Below are positions 45,980 to 57,162 of a stretch of 64,000 bases of DNA, one piece after another. Both the position numbers and the translations under genes were made by a program. The notes beneath the pieces are model-generated. The model had not been told where the DNA came from. It was given only the letters and a program-made list of their open reading frames with translations, and searched no databases. The number at the start of each line of letters is the position of its first letter. The stretch's first letter is position 1. The stretch is from Rhodosorus marinus CCMP1338 (lineage: Eukaryota; Plantae; Rhodophyta), in contig JAMWBK010000011.1 of assembly GCA_029953675.1 (NCBI GenBank), forward strand, positions 992,001 through 1,056,000. Direction: 5' to 3'.

Positions 45980-48900
45980 ATATTATTGCGCCATTTTGTC
46001 GTTGAGGTGTCTCTGCCCTCCGGTTCTGAAAAAATGTTGCATCGACCTCCTGTAACAAGCAAGTCAAGCTTTTGGAAGAGCAGTTCCACCGAAGGTGCGG
46101 GAGGTACGGTGGATACCGTGTGAAAATTTACGGACGAAGGCATTTTAGAGAAAAGTACACTCATCTTCAAACCAAAAAAAAATTCGTTGGGAGATGAGTT
46201 TGTTGTTTACCATAACCATCAGCAAAATAAACCACTGAAATACCGTTTCCAATGCCCCCAAAAAGAAGTCGGATACTGACTGGACAGCTTCAACTGAAAG
46301 GAGATTCTCATGAGACCTTCAACAATTAATCAAAATAGTAGTAAGGTGAAACGTGGAGAACACACATGTAAGCGGGTGAGAGACACATCCCTAAGCGATA
46401 TGAGAGACACATCCTTTTTTTTCCATGGAGAGCTATGTTTTGGTTAGTCCCATCCGGGGTACCCTGCGGGGCACACAGGCGCATAAGGTTCCTCTCATGC
46501 CCATGGAAACGACTTTTTTGCTTTCGGTCCTGATCCCCCTCCTCCCCCTGAAAGAATAGATAAAGCACGACTTCTGGAGTCTACACAGAAACTAACTGCT
46601 CGGTTGTTGATGTGATGGCTGGATACACAACAACAGCAGGGTGGTGGCTGGATACAGCCATCACCCTTGGGAAAAAGCATAATCGCCCAGGAGGCATCGA
46701 TTCTTAACCCGTGGGGGGTGAGGGAAGGGGGGAAGGATGAGAGAGGGAAGCGCACGAATCACTTTTCCACTTGGAATCCGAACTTTTTTAACAAAATCCT
46801 GAGGACCTTCCGTCAAAAAATCCATGGAGCTCTTGATCGGGTACTTCGTTTGCTGGCTTTGGGGTTGTCATCCGTCCGATGAAATTACGTCCGATTGCGT
46901 CCAATAAATATTGGATGGTCCTATAAACGTTCATCGGACATGTATTGCGTAATAATAAATCTCATATTCTGTTGACCCTCGTCCAAATATGAGTTTATCG
47001 GACCTGAATATAAAGCAAAATCGGTCTTCATCCAATAAATGGTCCGATAACGACCGATTGCGAAGCCTGTTTTTCGGGCATGTTCGTCTTCTGTTGGGCT
47101 TTGGGATTTTCGCTTGGCGAACTAGGTGTGCTGAATGATTACGTTGTCGAAAAAAAGCCATTCGAGTATCGGATGCAAAGAGTCGAGCCAAGCAGCTCGA
47201 TTCGTTCTCGGATACTGCCCTCAGGTAGCCGACTGTGAGAGACTGTTTTTCCATCTGCGAGACGCTAATCAGAAACAGGCTCGACCTTGCGACGCTCAAA
47301 AAATTTGAAGCAATCAAAGCACCCTAGGTTTTGATGTCACAAGCAACCGCTCCGTAACGCATAACATTCACTAGCTGCGATCTTAAGTATACTTGTGGCT
47401 CCTCGCATATTCAGGGTTTCGGAGGGTTCATCCAGACTCTGGGCTTGATGTCGCAAACCACTTCATTGCGGGCACAAGAATTCTCCATCTTCCTTTTTAG
47501 GTACACACCTCTTCAAGCAACTCATGGTTCGCACATGCCAGAAGCTACTGGTCATGTGACTCGAAGAACCAGTCGAGACGGCTTGCTCCGAGGGTAACTC
47601 CCCCGGGTGCTAAGGAATAAGAACCGCACAAAGAGCTCGCCTCGAGAATAAGGGCGGTTGAACTCCACCACTGGGTCACCCCGAGAAGACACTGAAACGC
47701 AACCATGTGGTCGATCCCTAAAGTACTCATGCTATCAGAGGGCACGAGAAAACTCCCTTCAGAATGCGCTTGTTCTACTCCAAGTCCTTGCCACCTTAAC
47801 CGCCTTCTTCAATCAAAACTTGCCACCCTGTCTAGCACAGAAGCAATCATGCTGCGTTACATGATATTCGCAGCTGCTCACACCGAGTAATCATAATTCA
47901 TATGCGAGTGAGAGTTTCGGAGTACCAAGAAGTAATCATAATTCAATACCTGGATCAAAGATGATTGATTATTGGACTAAGGTTGATTGAATGTCGGACG
48001 ATTTATCTGTCCAGTTCATCAGACCCGAGATCGGACCCGCTTTTTAGAAGATTTGTAGTCAGTCGCCCGTTAATTATATACGGTTTTTCAATATTCTGTC
48101 CCCTTCAAAAGATTATCGGACCGTCGGATGAACATTATCGGCCCGTGTTTTCCACCCGAAAACCCAGGGTCCAAGGGGCCCTGAGGCCAGACGTTGCCAT
48201 CTCTTCCAGCTACCATGGAGTTCATTCACCATGTGAATGAACTGTGGAGCCTAGAGCTGGTCACTTCGAACGCCCAGGGGGTATGAAAAACAATCCTCGC
48301 GTAACGAACGCATTTGAATGTCTCGTTGAAAGCAGAAACTGAGAAGACAGAACTCCAGGTCAACTTCCGCGGACGCTGCCTAATCGTTTTCGCTAATACT
48401 GCAATATATATTTTTGTTTGAGCTCCCGCAGATAAACGAAAAAAGAGCTTTATCGGCCATTCTGGCACCGAATAGGAAAGCTCAGCTCCTCTTTTTCTTC
48501 TCCTATTCATGAACACTTCCAATCTTCCGCGAGAGAACGATCACCTTTCCTCCACAATTTCCAACCAATCATGCAACCCTGGTTTCAAGCTCGAGGGCGA
48601 GCGGAAAACGACGCTTTTTAGGACGTCGAGGCACAATCTAGAGCTGCGCAACACCATACAAAGGGCTTTGCTTTGTCACAGTTTTTGTTCCAAAAAAACC
48701 AGCAGTTCCTAGTTCACCCAGATGTCTTCGTAGTCAGACGACCAACCTTGTGAAGTAATTGTGGGCAAGCTATCTTCCAACAGCATCACGTCGCATACAC
48801 CCGCTCTCCATTAATTTCGACAATTAGAAATCCCGTACCGATCCGCATCCCGAGCTCCCCAAAATCCGTTTGAGTACTTTTCAGTATTCAGTGTCGGCTC

Positions 48901-49715
48901 TGAAAAATTGTTCTCGTGTTGGCCCGGAAGGCCATTCGGGATCATCCCTGAGGGGGTACTGCGGTAGTAGAGCAGTATCATAGGTAGTCAGTAGACAACC
49001 GGAACGTAGTAGCGTAGATTGTATTGTGACTGGATCGTTCGTCCTCGTAGTACGCGACCGTGGACTACCCGATCGAGTACTTAATTGTAGGTGCTCATGC
49101 ACGTTAGGGATCAATAAAGAGCGGCTACCGGTTCTGGGGGAAAATTGGTGATAGTTCAGTTTTGTGAACAGCTCAAGGAGACAAAAACGTACCCAAGATT
49201 TGGCAGACTTTCGATCCTAATCATCTCAATATAAACCAATTCACTCTAATTAGGGAGTACATCCGCAAACTACGAGTTTTAGGCCTACTAAACCGGCCTT
49301 ACAGATTTTCCGGAATTCTGCCCTAGGTCAGCATAATACCTATTCTAGTCTAAAAATTGATCCAACGATATCCTAAAAGGTTTCATAATTAAATGCCAAA
49401 TTGTAAGCTTGACCATATATGAGTTTCGTGCTCAAATTAGGCTACTCGCCTGGTACCTTTGGTCATCGAGTGTTCTGGCATCTGTTGGTTCCCGCTGGCT
49501 CGACAAACTATTCCGTGAGCGCTCGGACCCGTCCGCTTCGCCTTTTACTCGTTGAATTTCCCGTTGTTGTAAACCACCACTGGAAAGCAAGCAACATCAG
49601 TAGAGTGTTCTAGGAGAGGGAAAGAGGAGTCACAGGTGTGCGTGTGTGATAAAAAACTCGTCAATAAACACAAACTACGAAGAAATACTGGTAGGACCTG
49701 TAAAACCAACCCTGT

Positions 49716-50010
49716 CGCCAGCATGAGACGCCGCAAAGAGATCAAATACGCGGGGGCTTTGTCTTCCCCTGGTGTTCGTGCTTCGGCACTAGCACATCGC
49801 TTGGTACCCCTGATCATTGAGTGCTTTGGGTTCATGGACTCTGTTGGTTCTCGCTGGCTTCGGGAGTTGTTCCGCGAACGCCCTGACCGTCTTCAATCGT
49901 TGTTTACCCGCTTAAGTTTCCTGCTGTGGCGCATGAATGCCGCTTTGATGTTGGAGGCGCGAGTACTTCGCCGCGCTTAGTCTTTTTTTCAGCCTCCGAT
50001 TAAACCATTC
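49716..50010 (+). mobile_element. 5'-truncated family B copy inside an older family-B relic
   Basis: Encodes ASMRRRKEIKYAG...EARVLRRA and ends TAAACCATTC. The paralogous site 37074-37086 is empty. Confidence 0.9.
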
Positions 50011-50639
50011 GTTGTAGCGTATGTTGCGAATGGTTGTAGCGTATGAGCGCGGTTTTGATACTGGAGGCGCGGCTATTCGCTTTGAGTAGTCTTTTTTTCG
50101 CCCTCCGACCTCCCTTTCAGTCTCTGAATAAACTTGTTCATCTGAGTTGACGAGGTCCTTCTCGAGTTGGGGGGAGGGGGGGGAGCGCGGAGTTGCGATT
50201 TAGTTGGGTCCCTGGTTCTGGGGAAATGTGTTGTGCTGTACCCTTTTGTGGGCACCAGATCGGAGGGTCTACACAAAAAGATATTCACGACCTAATTGCG
50301 CCCCCAAGGGGAATGCATTAATGGATCCGTTCTCTCGAAAACTACACGTCGGAATTGTCCTCTGTGCGGCTTTTGTGTTCCGCGACTCGACTTGCAACCG
50401 GTTATAATATGCGCATACTGAGATCTATAGAAGCCCCTATCCTATGGCTTTCTTTTCGTCTTCTAGTTTTCCTGCAGGCCAGGTCCATATGAGAACCACT
50501 CTCCCTCCGTGCTAGACCAGACGAAAACCGAGTACGCGATCCCCGATTCTCGCTTGCATCGTTCCGAAAAACTCATCCGGGCCTACTCGCATCAGAGTTT
50601 TCTCTGTGTCGCATTCGGGACTTTCTTGAATGCAAAAAA

Positions 50640-51075
50640 AAACTCCAATGTGGGCTCATGCGTGGGTTCAGGCGTAGACTCAGCGTGGGCTCAGGCGTGG
50701 GCTCAGGCTTGGGATCAGGCGTGGGCTCGGCGTGGGCCCGGGCGATGGTTCAGGTGTGGGTTCAGGCGTAGGTTTAGGTGTGGGTTCAGGTGTGGGTTCA
50801 GGTGTCGGCTCAGGCGTGGGTTCAGGTGTCGGCTCAGGCGTGGGTTCAGGTGTCGGCTCGGCGTGGGCCCGGGCGATGGTTCAGGTGTGGGTTCAGGCGT
50901 AGGTTTAGGTGTGGGTTCAGGTGTGGGTTCAGGTGTCGGCTCAGGCGTGGGTTCAGGTGTCGGCTCGGGCTTGGGTTCAGGTGTGGGCTCTGGCGTGGGC
51001 TCTGGTGTCGGCTCTGGAGTCGGAACCGGCGTCGGGTGAGATGTAGGCTGCAGTGTTGGCTCAGGCATAAGTTCA
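50640..51075 (-). repeat. (Pro-Glu-Pro-Thr)n coding minisatellite, distal part of the pseudogene linker
   Basis: 12-bp units GGTTCAGG(T/C)GTG on the plus strand, translating PEPT on the minus strand. Homologous to 38352-38580. Confidence 0.85.
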
Positions 51076-51543
51076 GGTGCAAGTTCAGTAAAGTCCAGTC
51101 CAGTTCAGGGGTGCTAGTAAAGTTCTTGAAGATAGCATACTTACCTGGCCGGGCTGATCGCTCCTCACGTAAGAGCATCTGCTTGGATGAGAGTGAGCAT
51201 AGCACGTCACTTTGTCTTTTCGGACAACTGTGGCAGTCTCGCTTGACTCCTACGAAGTCACCTCTGTGTGACTGTCGACGGCTTAATTTCTGACCATGGG
51301 GAGATTCGCGTTCGCGCGACCTCCCCTAACTCCCCATGGGAACTCTTGAAGATAGCGGAAGCGCTTCCTCTGGTACGCCTTCCCCTCGATTTTCCGCGGG
51401 GCGTCGTTTGCATTTGCAACTACTTCTGTCTTCCGGGTGGGTGAGTTGCGGGGCCTTTCCTATTTGGGTTGGGTTTGGTCGATTATTCTCTCGGTGCGGT
51501 TTCATATTGGTGGTGCAACGTTTCCTTGGCGGATTCCCTCAGG

Positions 51544-53006
51544 ATGGTAGGGATATCTCCGCACTCGACGGAGCCTCCTCCCAAGGAGGCACTGCCAGGT
51601 GGGGGACTCCGTGTTCGCCTCAGCTGCGGCACGTTTTCTTCCGAGGTTGACTTGGAAGGCGCTTCTGGCACCCAGGCGCGTTCACTTATCTCCGCTGTCA
51701 CCAGCCTGATCACGGCTGCGAGTGATCGTGGAGTGCTCCCTCAGCTCACCCAGAAGCTAGGTGGGCTGGAATCGGGATTGCTGGCCAGGTCAAATTCAAA
51801 TTCGGACGAGAATTTGAATTGCGCCAGAGTGGCAGCGTTGGCTGAAGGCAGTCAACATCCGGTCAATCAACATGAACCTGTCCCGGGACAGGCGAGGGCT
51901 GTTGCTTCTGCGCGGGACAGTACGACGTTGGGGAGCGGCAGGCCGGGCCAAAACGCGCTTCAGCGCTCGGGGACTCGAGGCAATGGTGGTGGTGACTGTG
52001 CGGCAACCGGTGTGGAGGAGACTGCAGCTGTGGACTTCCCTCTCTTGGACCAGCCCTCAGGTCGTCACCAGCTCCCGGCTACTTCGGGGGCACGTGGTGG
52101 CCGCAAGGGGGCGCTTCGTACGCATCAGTCTTGCGGAAGGGCACCACTGCCACACGTACGGCGGCTATGCTCCGTTTCATACCATCTCGCGAGCCTCAGG
52201 ATGGACCTGTGGAGACCACTCTCCAATTTCTGTGGGTGCGAAATGTCCGGCCCCAGACTACACGAGGACAGGTTCCGTCTATGCGAGACTTCCGGGACAC
52301 TTTTGCGGAATCGTTAGGGTGCAGCCGGGGTGATTTCTTCTTCGCAAACTATGAGGGCCGCGATGTGCTGTTTTTGGTCTCCGCCACCGCCGCCAAGTAC
52401 CTGGAGGCCTTGCTGGCGAAGCCTACCGAGCAGTGGCCTGAGAGCGCCCGGTGGCCGCGCTGCAACCCGCAGGTGGTTTTGCACTTCGATTTTGACCGTT
52501 TCTCGGGCAATTTCCTGTCTCCGGGAGAAACGGCAGGGCTCTCTGAGCATGAGAGCAGCGTGAAGGCGGCAGCGATCCATTGGCTACGGATTCAGCGCCT
52601 TGAGAGGATCTTGTTGGAGCGGTTCCGGTCGGGCCCTCGTCACCTGCGCATGGCGCTTTCCAGTTTCTTCGATCTGGAGAGGCGACTTGTGCTGACTTCG
52701 CGCTACAAGACAGAGCTGCAGCGGGTGGGGATTTTGGAGGGCTCTGCTTCCAGCACTACTTCCAGCGAGAGTGGTGAGGCAGGGGAGCAGACTGAGGGCA
52801 TGGCGGTGGAGGACGCCCAGGTTACTTTGCTGAAGCCCGCGGGATCCGTTCCGCGAGCCTCGCGGAGTGGGAGGCTCACGACTTTGGTGCGGATAGGAGG
52901 TAAGAGAGCGAGGACCTACTCCCCGGGTCTAAGGGGGAGAAGCACGATTAGCGCTCAGGCACGGCTGCGAGGTCGCAGCCTATGGATCTACAGTCTTATG
53001 TCCTGA
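51544..53006 (+). pseudogene. Element A ORF1 (uncharacterised, possibly RRM-like), split by one frameshift
   Basis: MVGISP..RVRLSCGTFS..VTSLITAAS (frame of 51469) and GASYASVLRKG..FLWVRNVRPQT..RDFRDTFAESLG..FDFDRF (frame of 52131) align in order with element B ORF1. Confidence 0.7.
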
Positions 53007-53028
53007 AGGAGGGCGGAGACTGGGGCAT

Positions 53029-56000
53029 TTGGCGTACGCGTTTTCGGAGTTGGCTCCGGCGGTGGATTTCTTTGGAAGGAGGCTCGCTTCCCCTCCGTGG
53101 GGCATTCCCCCAGTCGTCCTTCCTCGTGGAGACCTTCTAGTAGCTGGAACCATTCTCGATTTCATCTTCACGAGCCTGGCTCGCAACATTCGGGACACAG
53201 TCATTTGGGTTTTTCTGGGGGTCATGCCGCGCCTGATTCTGGCCCCCATTCACACATCGGAGCGCAGATGGCGAGTACGAGACCGACTGGCCCTGTTCTT
53301 GAAGGGAGACTTCGAAGTACTACAGCGCAGCTATTTGGCGTCGTCAGCACCATCCGCCCGTCGGACTCGGCATGGCACAGTGTCGCCCGTGCCAGCTCGA
53401 GTACAGAAATTGGTAGCAGTGGGCGATTTAAGTCGAGCGGCGCGGGTTTTGGAGGGCCAGGCGCCTGTCCTCCCCTACGATGATAGTCTCGCCCAGACGG
53501 TGTGGTCTTTGTTCCCTGAGTCCGACGTGGATTTGTCCCCTGAATTTGAGGTATTCTTGGACCGTCCGGAGTTGGCCAGGTTTCGCATCGATCTGACGCT
53601 CAGTGAGTCTGACCTGGAGGATTTGCTTCGTACCTCGCGTCGGGGACGCTGTCCCGGACCCTCCGGACTAAGAACAGAGCTATTGCAGGCCCTGAGCCAG
53701 CCTGGCCAGAGCGCGCTTCTGAGGATCCTTAACAAGTTGTTCCAGGGCGTATCGGGTGCGTCTGCGCCATGGGAACATCTCCGGCAGGCACAGCTTTGCT
53801 TGCTCACGAAACCTGACCACCAGCCGGCCCACCCGCGTCTCCGGCCGATCGGGATGGTGGAGAGCCTACGGAAGTTGGCCGGGAGGTGGCTATGCCAGCG
53901 CCTTCGCCAGCGCGTCACAGCTTTTATGGCGCCCTTGCAAGTAGGGGTGGGATTTTCTGGGGGTTGCGAACTGATCACCCATGGGATCGAGCTAGAACGC
54001 GCCAGTAGGCCGGAGTGGGGAGTCTTGGTGGTTGATTTCCGGAACGCATTCAACAGCGTGTCGCGGACGCATGCGCTAGAGGTGCTCCGACGTGTGTTTC
54101 CGGAGGCGTGGCCGTTTCTATCGGGTATTTACGGAGGGGAGAGCCTCCCCTACTTGACAACGGAGGGCACGGTTTTTCAAGCACATACTGGCGTCCAACA
54201 AGGCGACCCTTGCGGACCTCTTCTTCATGCCTGTGCCCTACAGCTCGTACTTTTACGTCTTTCGACTGAGGTCTCGGATCTTCGAATCTGCGCGTACCAC
54301 GATGACGTAACATTGCTGGGCACCCCTGACACCCTGGCTAGGGGACTGACCGCGATCGAAGCGATTGCACGTCGCGTCGGTTTGACTGTGGAAACAGAAA
54401 AATGTCGCTTTCTCCCCGCGAGGGACGTGTCGCTGAACTCTCTGCCACCCACTCTGCGACTAATTAGCGAACGTGAAGGGTTCGAACACCACGGCGTCGG
54501 ATTGGGGACTGACAACTTTGTCCAAGCATCCTGCGAGCGAGTTTTGGCACGGCACAAGCAACTCACCGACGCCATTCAGCACCTACCCGACAGCATGCTG
54601 CAATCGGCCTGCTTGCTTTCCCGCTTTTGTGCCGGTCCCAGACTCAACTACTGGTTGCGCAGCCTGCCTCCAGCTTGGGGCTCGTGGATCGCGGCTAAAG
54701 CCGACGAAATGACCCTGCAACACTGGGGAACGCTCTTGGATGAGCCCCTCGATCTTGAAGCTGCTCCCGACAGGGACTTAATTCGTGCACAGATCGCTCT
54801 CCCGTTGCGATTAGGGGGATTCGGCGTCGCAGACCGTGGGCTGGTATGCTCGCCAGCGGCGGTTGCCTCCTGGGCTACCGCGCTGCGAACGTTGGTGACC
54901 TTCCAGATGCGAAGTGCCTGCCTCTTGGCTCGAGCTTTGACCAACGAGGATCCAGTGACCCTGCCGCCCCCGCTTTTGACAATTTATGATGGTCTTCAAC
55001 ACGCGTTCAGGAGGTGCAACGCCGTGCCGGACGCAAATCGGTCCCGCTTTCGTTTCTGGAGGGAGCTGTTATGGGGACGAGCTGAAGCGATTGAGGATTG
55101 TCCCCTCGACCGAGTTCTTGCCGATGACGGAGAGGCTAGCCCCGGGTCCCCTGTTGCAGACTACCCGGGTTTGAGCCGATTGTGGAGCTCCCGCACTGAT
55201 GTGATTCAACATAGCCTCACCTGGGGCCAACACAGTGCCGCTCACACAGTCATGCTCAATTCTCCTCTCACGCCGCCTACCACTGCCGCTCGTCTCCGCG
55301 GCATGGGAGGCCACCTCTCGCACTTGTGGTTAACCACTCTACCGTCGTCATTGAGTCATCGTCTCGATGCTTTCCAGTTCCGTTCTGCCGCACGGATCTA
55401 TCTCGGTTTGCCACAGGCTCCGTGGCACTCTAATCGGCCGTCTTTCTGTCAGGGATGTGAGAGCCGGATTGACGCTTGTGGCTACCACTTCCTGGGTTCC
55501 TGCGGACTGTTGCGAGGTCTCCGTACGAGGCGTCACACTCGCCTCAAGTACATCCTCAGCGAGTTTTTGACTCGGATAGGGCATACGGTTGAGGTTAAGT
55601 CGGAACTGCCCAGATCCATCTCGGACTCTGCACAGCCCCGTTGTATAGCCGATCTTCTCGTCTCCGACGCTGCTGCCAGACGCTCAACATATGTGGACCT
55701 TGCGATTACCTGCCCCGTGGCCAGCGCCCACCTCACCGCAGCCGCCCGCCGCCGGGGGGCCGCGGCTTCAGCCCTTCGAAGAGTTAAGGAACGACGGTAT
55801 GCTGAGAGCATGGCCAGTCTGCCTTGCGCTGAGGGTCGCTCTCACCGGTTCCAGCCATTCATTGTGGAAAGCTTTGGTCACGTGGATAAGTCGGGTTTAG
55901 AGTGGTTGCGGAAATGTTTTGCTGAGCATCCTACTGAATATTTGGCGCTCTTGAGGCGTTTAAGTGTCTCCCTTTGGCGATATTCCAGCGACATGCTTTC

Positions 56001-56052
56001 CGAGGCGCGCCATCGGCGCCTGGGGTTGCATGCTTCCCTCCCTAGTTATTAG
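53029..56052 (+). CDS. Element A ORF2: reverse transcriptase + CCHC + restriction-like endonuclease
   Basis: CPGPSGLR, LRPIG, QVGVG, VDFRNAFNSV, GVQQGDPCGP, AYHDD, RLGGFG, CQGC..HFLGSC, RTRRH, ADL..YVDLA, FQPFIVESFG. The true start is probably ATG 52982 with a 1-nt shift near 53100. Confidence 0.9.
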   Translation: MAYAFSELAPAVDFFGRRLASPPWGIPPVVLPRGDLLVAGTILDFIFTSLARNIRDTVIWVFLGVMPRLILAPIHTSERRWRVRDRLALFLKGDFEVLQRSYLASSAPSARRTRHGTVSPVPARVQKLVAVGDLSRAARVLEGQAPVLPYDDSLAQTVWSLFPESDVDLSPEFEVFLDRPELARFRIDLTLSESDLEDLLRTSRRGRCPGPSGLRTELLQALSQPGQSALLRILNKLFQGVSGASAPWEHLRQAQLCLLTKPDHQPAHPRLRPIGMVESLRKLAGRWLCQRLRQRVTAFMAPLQVGVGFSGGCELITHGIELERASRPEWGVLVVDFRNAFNSVSRTHALEVLRRVFPEAWPFLSGIYGGESLPYLTTEGTVFQAHTGVQQGDPCGPLLHACALQLVLLRLSTEVSDLRICAYHDDVTLLGTPDTLARGLTAIEAIARRVGLTVETEKCRFLPARDVSLNSLPPTLRLISEREGFEHHGVGLGTDNFVQASCERVLARHKQLTDAIQHLPDSMLQSACLLSRFCAGPRLNYWLRSLPPAWGSWIAAKADEMTLQHWGTLLDEPLDLEAAPDRDLIRAQIALPLRLGGFGVADRGLVCSPAAVASWATALRTLVTFQMRSACLLARALTNEDPVTLPPPLLTIYDGLQHAFRRCNAVPDANRSRFRFWRELLWGRAEAIEDCPLDRVLADDGEASPGSPVADYPGLSRLWSSRTDVIQHSLTWGQHSAAHTVMLNSPLTPPTTAARLRGMGGHLSHLWLTTLPSSLSHRLDAFQFRSAARIYLGLPQAPWHSNRPSFCQGCESRIDACGYHFLGSCGLLRGLRTRRHTRLKYILSEFLTRIGHTVEVKSELPRSISDSAQPRCIADLLVSDAAARRSTYVDLAITCPVASAHLTAAARRRGAAASALRRVKERRYAESMASLPCAEGRSHRFQPFIVESFGHVDKSGLEWLRKCFAEHPTEYLALLRRLSVSLWRYSSDMLSEARHRRLGLHASLPSY

Positions 56053-56123
56053 TTCATCTTCACGCCTTGCGTAGCGCTTCAGGCTATGCTAGTAAAGTCC
56101 AGTAAAGTCCAGTAAAGTCCTGC

Positions 56124-56990
56124 TCAGGGGTGAGGTCAGGCGTCGGTTGAGGCGTGGGCTCCGGCGTCGGCTCCGGCGTCGGGTGAGTGTGTGGTCTGTA
56201 GTGTGGATTCAGGCGTTGGTTTGGGTGTTAAATCTGGAGTTGGTTCTGGTGTCGGCTCAGGCGTAATGTCAGGATGCTCCGGATCCGTTAGAGATCCTGA
56301 AAAATTGAACAACGTGCAAAATCCGACTATACCGTCCTGTTCTCCGATGTTGTAAGACGAATCTCCTGCGTGATTCCTCCGACGTCAAACACCCATATCC
56401 TTGAATCCCCATGAGCCCGCTCAATTCCCACAACCGGGCCATAGGAGTTCTTGGATAGCCTGTTGCCCTTGTAAACAACTTCCATTGTCAGGGTCCCGGT
56501 CCGGATACATAGCATCGCAACCTATACCTCTCTCCTTTGTTTAAGTAGACAGTTTGATATGCGACGGTACTCGATGCACGGATGTACAGCGTTGGGGCAC
56601 CATCCAACACATTCAGCGGTGTTATCTCCTTAGGGCCGCCACTGAACGCCCACCGAATTCCGGTGTCCGGCGAGAAGCTCGGATTTCTAGTTTCTCCTTT
56701 GCCCTGAGGTTCCGCTGGTGGAACCCACGGAGGTATTTCCGGCGGGTAGGCGAAGGACTCGGAACCAGCATTTGTTCGCCCTTCTGGATCAGGGTAAAGA
56801 GAGAACCCATCCGCCCAGACCCCTGCGCTCTGAGATTCTGGGTTCCCAAAGTTGTCCCGCTCCAAGACGATTTCATACTGACGCGACTCGCGAATTACGA
56901 AATCAGCTCCTTAGCTCTCCGAAACCGTGCCGGGAAAACCAAACGTATCGGCACAGTTATCTCCGAACGACATCAAATCAGCCCGTACTG
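56124..56990 (-). pseudogene. Pseudogene: partial A module, complete B module and start of PEPT linker
   Basis: [83 protein letters not shown] followed by PEPT, with stops and frameshifts. Homologous to 38590-38790. Confidence 0.85.
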
Positions 56991-57162
56991 AGGAACGAAT
57001 TTATTATGCTCGCTCAAGTACTTCTTCCATTTCAATTAAGAAATTAGACAAATCACGATTCGCCTTTTTTATATCCCTATTTGTTTTGATTGAGCTATCA
57101 ATATCGTCGAACGAATGGTTTAATCGGAGGCTGAAAGAAAAAACCCCGAGGGGAAAAAAAGA

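Larger units (their letters stand above)
51114..56123 (+). mobile_element. Element A: near-full-length CRE-like non-LTR retrotransposon (ORF1 + RT-RLE ORF2)
   Basis: Two ORFs homologous to those of element B. 3' tail (AGTAAAGTCC)x3. Candidate 9-bp TSD TCAGGGGTG at 51105-51113 and 56124-56132. Interrupts the PEPT tract. The 5' boundary is less certain. Confidence 0.85.

Noticed and set aside
50640-51113. Idea that element A targets telomere-like repeats (GGGTTCAGG resembles TTAGGG), as MoTeR elements do
   Set aside because: The repeats are explained by PEPT codons, and the other A-like copy with a TSD (13118-13549) is in unrelated AT-rich DNA.
50509-51293. Plus-strand ORFs with GVGS, AQAW or RCGF repeats (also 38357-38575)
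   Set aside because: Alternative readings of the PEPT minisatellite. Only the minus-strand PEPT frame connects to the CBM-like sequence.
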